A stretch of DNA of 33,188 nucleotides from Candidatus Thorarchaeota archaeon (GTDB lineage: Archaea; Asgardarchaeota; Thorarchaeia; Thorarchaeales; Thorarchaeaceae), in NCBI GenBank assembly GCA_038893995.1, contig JAWAQK010000011.1, positions 1 through 33,188 on the forward strand. Direction: 5' to 3'. The notes under the pieces are model-generated. The model made no database searches. It worked only from the letters and a program-made list of their open reading frames with translations, and was not told the DNA's origin. This document shows, in pieces, positions 1 to 7,430 of this stretch (the stretch's first letter is position 1; the number at the start of each line of letters is the position of its first letter). A program made the translations under genes and the position numbers.

Positions 1-2
1 GG

Positions 3-146
3 GATGTCATAACTGCACATGCAGAGGTAGTCAGTAAGAATGACGAGAAGGAACGAGTGACTCTCAGGACCTACTGCACAAACCAGGATGGAAACATCGT
101 CCTAGATGGAGAAGCTGTGGTTGGCATCATGAAGATTCAGGACTAG
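3..146 (+). CDS. MaoC-family (hotdog-fold) dehydratase / R-specific enoyl-CoA hydratase, C-terminal part (5'-truncated)
   Basis: My translation from nt 3 is DVITAHAEVVSKNDEKERVTLRTYCTNQDGNIVLDGEAVVGIMKIQD*, with TAG ending at 146. This matches the MaoC C-terminal pattern (G)D.i.a..eV...v.l.t.c.NQ.G..V..GeA. Confidence 0.8.
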   Translation, partial: DVITAHAEVVSKNDEKERVTLRTYCTNQDGNIVLDGEAVVGIMKIQD

Positions 147-210
147 TGTCGGCGAGAGCCCATCCATACTCATCCGGTTGAACACACCCGATGCACTCGC
201 GTCGGTTGGA

Positions 211-993
211 TCAACTGCCCAGAAACTCAGCCACGGTCCGATTGAATTCATCACTGTGGTCGAGTATCACCAGGTGACCTGCGCCCTTGATCTTCACGAT
301 CGTGGAGTTCGGTAACCAGTCATGAAGCATCTCTGAGGCCCACACAGGCGTCGTGATATCGTGCTCGCCGACAACAAGCAACGTGGGTATGTTGAGGTGT
401 TTGAGTTGCTCACAGATGTTGAATCCTGCTGATGCAGCAGTAGCCAGCATCGCATCATTCTGGGTCATGTGGTCTGCAACTAGGCTCGCAACCCACTTGG
501 CGGTCTCCTCGTCGTATGGGACCAGTCCTCGCTTGCTTATCCCGAGTGCAAACTTGTCGATCGGATTGCTCTTGACTCTGGTGAGGACATCAGTGACTGC
601 CTCATTACTCACAAAGCAGTACGAACTTGCGACCACGAGCTTCTTCACTCTCTGCGGATTCTCGAGGGCATATACCAGGGCGACCATGCCTCCAAGTGAG
701 TGACCCATGAGGATGATGTCCCGGTCCCAGTTCAGGTGGTCCAATAGCAACCCCATGTCTGTCACATAGTTCCGTATCGTGAAGCGCTTCCCCGGTTTTA
801 TAGATCTGCCATGCCCGTGCAGGTCGAAGCGGAGAATCCTGTAATTCTTACCAAAGAATTCGAGTTGCTTCAGCCAGCAATCACTGTTCAGAAATAGACC
901 ATGAATAAGCACGATCTTCGGGCCATCCTCAGGCCCCTGTAGCTGGTAGGCGATCTTCGTTCCCTTGATCTCAAGGATCTCCACCCAGGACAC
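211..993 (-). CDS. Alpha/beta-fold hydrolase (3-oxoadipate enol-lactonase/esterase-like)
   Basis: LIHG oxyanion motif, DLHGHGRS, nucleophile elbow GHSLGG, catalytic Asp in GEHD and His in GAGH. Confidence 0.92.
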   Translation of the reverse strand: MSWVEILEIKGTKIAYQLQGPEDGPKIVLIHGLFLNSDCWLKQLEFFGKNYRILRFDLHGHGRSIKPGKRFTIRNYVTDMGLLLDHLNWDRDIILMGHSLGGMVALVYALENPQRVKKLVVASSYCFVSNEAVTDVLTRVKSNPIDKFALGISKRGLVPYDEETAKWVASLVADHMTQNDAMLATAASAGFNICEQLKHLNIPTLLVVGEHDITTPVWASEMLHDWLPNSTIVKIKGAGHLVILDHSDEFNRTVAEFLGS

Positions 994-1303
994 CGGACTT
1001 AGGGAGGACTAACGCCACTAATAAGGATGAAGGTGGTGGGATCGGTCCATACCGAACTGAACCGACGACGATCAGGGTGATGTTACGTGCCAGTACGTGA
1101 AGGGAAGATCGACCCCCGGCATGTCACGGACCGGCTGAAGCATTCAGGGTACAGCAGGTGACTGAATGTCAGGGCTCTGAGAATGTCGTTGCTCATGCTT
1201 CTCGCAACAGATATTAGGCGGGGCGCTGATGATGTGCCCCATGCCAAGAGGCGGAGGGGACGCCGCACTGGCATTCGATTGTTCTGAAAAGGGAGTGTGA
1301 AAC

Positions 1304-2473
1304 ATGGCACTTACCGGAGAGAAGGTTGGAATACCTGAGGCTGAAGAGGCCCCAGTGGTCGTTGTGGCACGATGGAAACAGCCCCTAGCTGGCATCATCG
1401 CGCTGATCTACATCTTTGTCATCACGGCCATTGTGTGGTATGCAATGTCTCAGACCGTGCTGATATTCACAGCAAGCCTACTGGGTGGCTTTGGTCTGAT
1501 GGCCGTGCTGTTTGCCATCTGGTTTGAAAACTGGCCATTCTATAAGCTCAAGGCACCATGGAAGGTAGGCATTGCAGCCACAATCCTCAATGTCATCGTG
1601 GCCTTTGTGCTGATATACATAGCCTCCTGGTTTGCAGCCGCCTATGGAGCGAGCCTAGGCATCGTCGATCCGACTGTTGCACTCTGGGTAGGATGGTCGA
1701 TATTCGGAGCATTGTCGGCGTCCTGCTTCTCGTTTGGAGTGCTGTGGGTCGCAGGAACAATGTACTGGCCGGTTTTCCAGAAGAAACAACCAGTGAGGGG
1801 TATTGTCGTCTTCATCATCGGGATGCTCATCACGCTTGTGGCCTGGTATCTGCTGTTCTACCCCTACGGCAATCCTGCAGCAGTCCTTGCGAACCCACTG
1901 ACGTGGGTACTCCCAATGTACGGCATCAACATGGCCTGGACGCAGTGGACCATATTCTTCTCGCTTCTCACTCTGATGACATTCGAGTACTGGCCATGGA
2001 AGAAGGCCGGCAAACAACCACTGATAGGTATCGTGGCATTCATAGTGTGCGCTGTGCTCGGATACGTATTCGTGTACGTGGCAGGGATCGTTGGATACCT
2101 CGTGACCGTACCGCTGTTTGGACTTCTGGGCTTTGCCAACCCCGGTGAACCCCTGACCGCAGCAGCCGTAGGACTCTGGAACGTGGCCTATGCAGACTGG
2201 CTCATTGCAGCAGTCATCATCGTATCTCTGTTCCTCGACAACTGGCCGAAGGGCTTCAGCCAGATGAAGAACATCCTCATCAGACTCATCCTGGTGATCA
2301 TCCTCGCGACAGTCTTCTTCATTGGCTTCTACTACGTCGCACCGCTACTGCTCATAGCGGGAAATGGAAACCCGTACTACACAAGTGTGACCACATTTGT
2401 GATAGTCATGCTCTGGCTGCAGCTCGTATTCGCCTATCTGTGGCGAAAGTGGCCGCTGTACAAGCAGATGTAG
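1304..2473 (+). CDS. Polytopic membrane transporter with repeated (F/W)xxWP motifs (resembles the MtmP-like 'AAT family' permeases)
   Basis: About 10 hydrophobic helices; repeats FENWPF, MYWPVF, FEYWPW, LDNWPK, WRKWPL and KQP..G; GGAG(TG) RBS before the ATG. The family assignment is from recall only. Confidence 0.6.
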   Translation: MALTGEKVGIPEAEEAPVVVVARWKQPLAGIIALIYIFVITAIVWYAMSQTVLIFTASLLGGFGLMAVLFAIWFENWPFYKLKAPWKVGIAATILNVIVAFVLIYIASWFAAAYGASLGIVDPTVALWVGWSIFGALSASCFSFGVLWVAGTMYWPVFQKKQPVRGIVVFIIGMLITLVAWYLLFYPYGNPAAVLANPLTWVLPMYGINMAWTQWTIFFSLLTLMTFEYWPWKKAGKQPLIGIVAFIVCAVLGYVFVYVAGIVGYLVTVPLFGLLGFANPGEPLTAAAVGLWNVAYADWLIAAVIIVSLFLDNWPKGFSQMKNILIRLILVIILATVFFIGFYYVAPLLLIAGNGNPYYTSVTTFVIVMLWLQLVFAYLWRKWPLYKQM

Positions 2474-2480
2474 TATCCTG

Positions 2481-2514
2481 ACGGGGACGGCCGTGTCCCC
2501 GTTCTCCTATTTCT
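2481..2514 (+). terminator. GC-rich hairpin plus pyrimidine tract after the transporter gene
   Basis: ACGGGGAC (2481-2488) pairs with GTCCCCGT (2495-2502), followed by TCTCCTATTTCT. Confidence 0.55.
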
Positions 2515-2524
2515 GTAGTTTCAG

Positions 2525-2539
2525 ATGGTATAATACCAT
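2525..2539. promoter_or_regulatory. Perfect 7-1-7 palindrome, candidate transcription-factor site upstream of the disulfide reductase gene
   Basis: ATGGTAT-A-ATACCAT, about 100 bp upstream of the ATG at 2639. Confidence 0.45.
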
Positions 2540-2638
2540 GTGTTCATATTTGAGTGTGACAACTGTGGTCGCTGCTAGATGATAGATTTAGGGCTGGCAG
2601 ATGTCAGCGGTAACCTGTGATAGGGGATGTGACTCTGA

Positions 2639-4168
2639 ATGAAGAACTATGACCTGGTAGTAGTTGGTAGCGGAGTTGGTCTGACTGTCCTCGGAGAGGG
2701 ACTCAATGCTGGAATGAGTTGCGCACTGGTCGAGAGCGGAAAGATGGGAGGCACGTGCCTGACCCGTGGATGTATCCCATCGAAGGTACTGACATATCCG
2801 GCCGACCTGATCCGCGCTGCAGAGGACGGCAAGAGGGTCGGGGTCCATCTCAGCCTCACACGCATTGATTGGGAGACCATCTCAAAGAGGATGTGGAGTC
2901 AGATAGACGAGAGCATGAGAATAGAGGAGAGCCTCAACAGAGTTGACGGCCTGGATGTATATCGTGGTGTGGGAGAGTTTGTCGGTGACTACCAGATGAG
3001 GGTCAGACTTGACGACTCTGGCAGATACTCCGATGTCTTCAAGGGAGACCGTTTCGTCTTGGCCTCAGGAGCCCGTTCCATGATACCCCCCATCGAGGGA
3101 ATAGATAAGGTGGACTATATCACGACCGAGTCATTCTTTGGTCCCAAGTTTCCCAAGAAGCCCTGGGAGAGCCTCGTGATCATAGGTGGGGGCATAGTGG
3201 CCGCAGAGTTTGCCCACATGTTCTCTGCGTTTGGAACACGAGTGACCATCATCGAGATGCTACCGCGTCTTGTGGCCTCGGAGGAGCCAGAGGTGAGCGA
3301 GCTCCTCGAGAGGGCATTCAGAAGGCGTATGACCGTACTGACAAATACCAGGGCCATCGCAGTGCGTCAGGAGGGTGACCTGAAGACAGTGACTGCAAAG
3401 GAGCAGACATCCAACAAGACTATCGACGTGTCGGGAGAGGCTCTGCTCATCGCCGTGGGCAGGAGGTCGAATGCGGACATACTGAGAGTGGAGAAGACCG
3501 GTGTCAAGACGGATGCCAAGGGATGGATAGTCGTGGACGAGTACCTGCAGACATCAAGACCAGGGATCTGGGCCATAGGTGACGCGACTGGCAGATACCA
3601 GTTCAGACACAAGGCGAACTACGATGCGGATATCGTGACCAGAAACATCTTCGGAGACGCGTCCAACAGGGTGGCAGTGGACTACTCCGCAGTGCCGTGG
3701 GCCATCTTCACATATCCTCAGATTGCACACGTCGGCATGACGGAGAGAGAGGCCATAGAGAAGGGTCACGAGATCTACGTGGCAAAGAAGCACTACTCCT
3801 CTGTCGCAAAGGGCTTTGCAATGGGATTTGAAGAGGGTGATGAAGACGATGGTTTCTTCAAGCTGATAACAGACAGGAACTTCAAGATCCTGGGGGCTCA
3901 TGCCATTGGACCTGAGGCGTCGCTGCTGGTTCAGTCCTTTGTGTATCTGATGAATGCAGGATTCACATGTGGTCCCCCGTCAGCGAGAGGAAGACCCGTG
4001 CCTCTGGCCCAGAGGGCGTGTCCCGAGGCAGGCTCGTTCATGCCAGTGTATCGCTCAATGGTAATTCATCCATCATTGAACGAAGTGGCAGCATGGGCAA
4101 TCGGGAATCTACGACCCGTCAACATACGAGTCTCAGAAACACACCATCATCATGATCATCAGCACTGA
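2639..4168 (+). CDS. Class I pyridine nucleotide-disulfide oxidoreductase (dihydrolipoamide dehydrogenase / mycothione reductase-like) with His-rich tail
   Basis: FAD motif VVVGSGVG, redox disulfide GGTCLTRGCIPSK, NAD motif IIGGGIVAAE, WAIGD, C-terminal HPSLNE, tail HHHHDHQH. Confidence 0.92.
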   Translation: MKNYDLVVVGSGVGLTVLGEGLNAGMSCALVESGKMGGTCLTRGCIPSKVLTYPADLIRAAEDGKRVGVHLSLTRIDWETISKRMWSQIDESMRIEESLNRVDGLDVYRGVGEFVGDYQMRVRLDDSGRYSDVFKGDRFVLASGARSMIPPIEGIDKVDYITTESFFGPKFPKKPWESLVIIGGGIVAAEFAHMFSAFGTRVTIIEMLPRLVASEEPEVSELLERAFRRRMTVLTNTRAIAVRQEGDLKTVTAKEQTSNKTIDVSGEALLIAVGRRSNADILRVEKTGVKTDAKGWIVVDEYLQTSRPGIWAIGDATGRYQFRHKANYDADIVTRNIFGDASNRVAVDYSAVPWAIFTYPQIAHVGMTEREAIEKGHEIYVAKKHYSSVAKGFAMGFEEGDEDDGFFKLITDRNFKILGAHAIGPEASLLVQSFVYLMNAGFTCGPPSARGRPVPLAQRACPEAGSFMPVYRSMVIHPSLNEVAAWAIGNLRPVNIRVSETHHHHDHQH

Positions 4169-4351
4169 ACGATCCTAGTCTAGGGGCGACTCACCCGTCT
4201 GGGGATCCGTCGCATTACGATCAGGACCAAGTCCGCCGGCATGGCGCATCTGGCCTTAGGATGTGAGAGATCCACTTGAGGTGTCTACCAGTATCGAAAA
4301 CACCTTATGTCTTGATAACTATGTTGAACTACGGGATAGTGGGAGAAGGTA

Positions 4352-4627
4352 TTGGATATGAACAAGGCCGAAACAGAGCTGGTCGGGATGGTCGTGATGT
4401 GCAACGTTGCGTTTTCCCCGGCGCGAGATCATAAGACAGGGATCGTGACAATACAGACAGAGGATAATGAATACCATGTCCTGGATGTCGACGACTACAC
4501 CGAGATGGCTGAGTGCGCTGAGGGCGACTACGTGAGGGCAACAGCAACAAGATCACAGGACTCAAGGACCTGGATCGCCCACAAGATCACCCGATTGAAC
4601 ACCACAGGGCTCCTGGACGTCCCATAG
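4352..4627 (+). CDS. Small acidic hypothetical protein, possible OB-fold-like beta-barrel
   Basis: 91-aa ORF with an upstream TATA-like CTTATG and a purine-rich RBS; beta-strand pattern (ELVGMV, IVTIQT, EYHV, GDYVRATA). Confidence 0.6.
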   Translation: MDMNKAETELVGMVVMCNVAFSPARDHKTGIVTIQTEDNEYHVLDVDDYTEMAECAEGDYVRATATRSQDSRTWIAHKITRLNTTGLLDVP

Positions 4628-4787
4628 ACGTAGAAGAGGGTCGTAGGATCCTAGTGACTATTACCTCCGGCAACTGGGAACACTCTGTCCAGTCCAGTTC
4701 CGGCGCAGACCGCCCGCCTGGTGACCACAGGGACACACCAGATGTGAACGACTGAAGGACCTCAGATCCGCGCAGGAAACCTCTATC

Positions 4788-5261
4788 TTGTACGGGATGT
4801 ACAGGAGGCCCGTGTCAACAAAGGAGTCCCTGATTTCGGTCTTGAGGCTTGCGCTCTCGGAGTCGAGAGCCCTAGAACGAGAGATGGTCAGGACGGCGGA
4901 GACAGTCGACAGCCCGCGACTCAAGGCGCTACTACTCGTGTTTGCCGAGTCAGAGTCGAAGACCGCCGACAGGATCGCACACATGATTGCCACTGGAGTG
5001 GTAGATGAACTGGAGGAACTGGTCGAGAAGAGGGGACAGATGCCACAGGTCGTGACGGAACCGTTTCCAGACGAAGATGGGAAAGATCCGAGAAAGGCCG
5101 TATGCAATCAGGTGCTCAGCAGGCAGCTGCGAGCCTACTCACTCTACTTACGCATGAGCAGAATGGCCAGGTCTGAACTCATAAGGAATATCTTCGAGTA
5201 CCTCGCCTATCTCAAGGCTGTTCAACTCTCGAAACTCCGGAGAGTCTGCACTTCTCTCTGA
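4788..5261 (+). CDS. Ferritin-like/rubrerythrin-fold protein with degenerate iron ligands
   Basis: Four-helix pattern: LRLALSES, SPRLKALLLVFAESE, RAYSLYLRMS, ELIRNIFEYLA. The start could be the ATG at 4797. Confidence 0.65.
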   Translation: MYGMYRRPVSTKESLISVLRLALSESRALEREMVRTAETVDSPRLKALLLVFAESESKTADRIAHMIATGVVDELEELVEKRGQMPQVVTEPFPDEDGKDPRKAVCNQVLSRQLRAYSLYLRMSRMARSELIRNIFEYLAYLKAVQLSKLRRVCTSL

Positions 5262-5533
5262 GACCCTCTTATGAGGGGACACCACCGAAGACCAGGTACG
5301 ATGGCCGGACCGAGCCGTCTGTCCCGTGTAGCATCACTACGAACGAGTGTATTTCGCAGATCTACTAGGATCAGTTTCCTCAAGACAGTGCTCTTGAGGG
5401 TGTGGTTGAGCCCCGGGATGCAGTGCATCTGAATTTCTTCGCTCAGGGCCGCTCTGGCGGGATCATCGCGACTACCACTCCGTCAGCCTGTGGGCAAACA
5501 TCTGGTCCACAGAGGCCCGCAGACGGAGGACAT

Positions 5534-5722
5534 TCACACCATGGGTAGTCCCAGACTCGTGGCCAGCAGGTTATTCCAGATCCATATTGAAGGATAGAAT
5601 ATCAGAGTGATGTACTGGTCGTACGGCGTAACAAGCATACCGGTTGCATATGCATAGCTGACGCCGAGTCCAATCACAATGTAGGTTACTATGAGGGATA
5701 TTATCTTCATCAACGCACCCAT
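5534..5722 (-). CDS. Small membrane protein (62 aa)
   Basis: Strongly hydrophobic with one or two TM segments; TATA-like CTTTATTAG on the minus strand at about 5757-5765; hairpin downstream. Confidence 0.65.
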   Translation of the reverse strand: MGALMKIISLIVTYIVIGLGVSYAYATGMLVTPYDQYITLIFYPSIWIWNNLLATSLGLPMV

Positions 5723-5992
5723 TTTGTTCGCCTATACGGCGTAATGACAGCTGGCTCTAATAAAGTCAATCCCTCATAGAGTCGCAGCCAGATCAGGCTG
5801 TTAGAGCCACGGGACTTGCTCGTCACTCTGGCAGTCTGGAACGCAGGTCGAGATTGGCCATAGCAAGGCGTATGGTAGACGGTCGACGTGGTCATGAGGG
5901 GAAGCCAGTTTCATCCCCAGCGGCTCTCCATGAGAGTACCATGTCGTGTCATAGCTCCTCTCCAGTCAGCATGGTAAGCCTATCTGGTGTAA

Positions 5993-7312
5993 TCAGGGAC
6001 CCACCGAATTCTGGAATCCGCCCGAGTTCACCACGTGCTGGATTGCATCGAGTGTGAAGTCAAGATCTCTGTCGCCATGAGCAAACGACATGGCACCAAG
6101 TCCATGATGGCCAAGTACTCCCTGCTCAAGCAGGAGTGCCTGAAAGACATCTTGCCGTTGGCGATCGATCGCTGCTGCCAGTTTCGAACCTGTCAACGAC
6201 TCAGCAACATACGGTTTCTTGAGAGCGTGAATGAACAGGATGGAACCGTAGCCAGTAGCGAGCATGTTGCAACCTGTCTCAGTCAGGGCCCGGTTTATCC
6301 GATCGCGGAAGCAGTCACCACGGGCATTCAGACTGGCGTATTCACTCCTCCTCAGGCCAAGCTCATTCAGAGCCGCGATACCTGCAACCATCGAGAGAGG
6401 ATGACACGAGAAGGTGCCCCCACCGACCCATCCGGCACTCCTTGTAGCTGAGCTCGCAAGTCGCATTATGTCCTCTCGTCCTCCGTATACTCCGATTGGC
6501 ATTCCCCCGCCTGCGACCTTACCGAGTGTGAGAAGATCAGGTTTCACACCGAAGATGTGAGTCCCCGCATCACCGTAAGCCAGTCTGAAGGCTGTGACTA
6601 TCTCATCGAAGATGAGTACAACCCCATGTCTCTCGGTGACCTCTCGAAGGTAGGGCAGGAAATCGGGGGATGGTGGAATGCCTCCGCCGGCACCAAGTAC
6701 GGGTTCCACGACGATCGCCGCGAGTTCCTCGCCATGCTCTCTGATAAGCTGGTCCACGCTGTAAGTGTCGTTGAAGTCGAATGACACACCGCCATGGAGG
6801 GGTCTATCGTCAAAGGGATGACTCAGATGGAAGCAGAGCGTGTCGTTGCCACCGTGCCAGCCTCCCAGCGCCTTGGCCACAAGTCGTCGGCCAGTAAATT
6901 GTCTGGCCAGTCTTGTAGCATACATGGTTGCCTCACTACCCGTTGTGCAGAAACGCATTCTCTCCAGCGTTGGAATGGCCTCCTGGATGATCTCTGCAAG
7001 CCGTACCTGGTACTCGTTTAGGGCTCCAAAGTGTATCCCATTTTCGAGCTGGTCAGAGATCGACCTCTTGATAGCGTCATTGTCATGGCCCAGGATCTCT
7101 GAGTAGTGGGTCATCCACCAGTCGACGTACTCATTTCCGTCGACATCCCATATGTGGCATCCCTTGCCCCGTTGGATGAAGGGGGGATAGGCCCCAGCCC
7201 CAACGGTCCCGAATGTCCGTATGTTGTGATTGATCCCGCCTGGAAACAGACGCTGAGAACGACCCCAAAGTGCAGCTGCCTTAGTGGTCCGATTCTTGTA
7301 GTCTTCGAGCAT
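5993..7312 (-). CDS. Class III PLP aminotransferase, glutamate-1-semialdehyde aminomutase (HemL)-like
   Basis: WDVDGNEYVD, GSEATMYA, IVVEPV, LIFDEIVT, PLP lysine in LTLGKVAGGGMPIG, GGTFS. Start placed at MLEDYK (7312), downstream of the TATA-like TATTAATA at about 7344-7351; the ORF track starts at 7357. Confidence 0.88.
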   Translation of the reverse strand: MLEDYKNRTTKAAALWGRSQRLFPGGINHNIRTFGTVGAGAYPPFIQRGKGCHIWDVDGNEYVDWWMTHYSEILGHDNDAIKRSISDQLENGIHFGALNEYQVRLAEIIQEAIPTLERMRFCTTGSEATMYATRLARQFTGRRLVAKALGGWHGGNDTLCFHLSHPFDDRPLHGGVSFDFNDTYSVDQLIREHGEELAAIVVEPVLGAGGGIPPSPDFLPYLREVTERHGVVLIFDEIVTAFRLAYGDAGTHIFGVKPDLLTLGKVAGGGMPIGVYGGREDIMRLASSATRSAGWVGGGTFSCHPLSMVAGIAALNELGLRRSEYASLNARGDCFRDRINRALTETGCNMLATGYGSILFIHALKKPYVAESLTGSKLAAAIDRQRQDVFQALLLEQGVLGHHGLGAMSFAHGDRDLDFTLDAIQHVVNSGGFQNSVGP

Positions 7313-7430
7313 GAATGGTCCCGAGGAATCAGAAATGACTGTCCTATTAATACACATGTCCCGAGTACTCGCTAATATCTCGGTGACAGGCCGAGTAGGT
7401 CAAGGATGTCGAGACACTACCCTAGGGAGT

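Noticed and set aside
1226-1290. Hammerhead ribozyme (CTGATGA...GAAA) or fluoride riboswitch
   Set aside because: The required stems I-III and the GGCGATGG 5' element cannot be formed around these words.
2471-2518. Pyrrolysine read-through of the permease TAG with a downstream hairpin
   Set aside because: Read-through adds only about 15 residues before another TAG, the protein already ends on a complete WP repeat, and the hairpin is better explained as a 3' stem or terminator.
4660-4790. Glycine-riboswitch-like words (CTGAAGGA...GGAAACCTCT) among hairpins
   Set aside because: The conserved GGAGA and CTCTCAGG elements are missing and the downstream gene is unrelated.
5478-5536. Selenocysteine recoding of the TGA of the 62-aa gene via the adjacent stem
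   Set aside because: No AUGA/GA SECIS core, no redox-motif context, and only a short extension before the next TGA.
5993-7312. Assigning the gene symbol hemL
   Set aside because: No tetrapyrrole genes are nearby and many HemL-like class III aminotransferases have other substrates.
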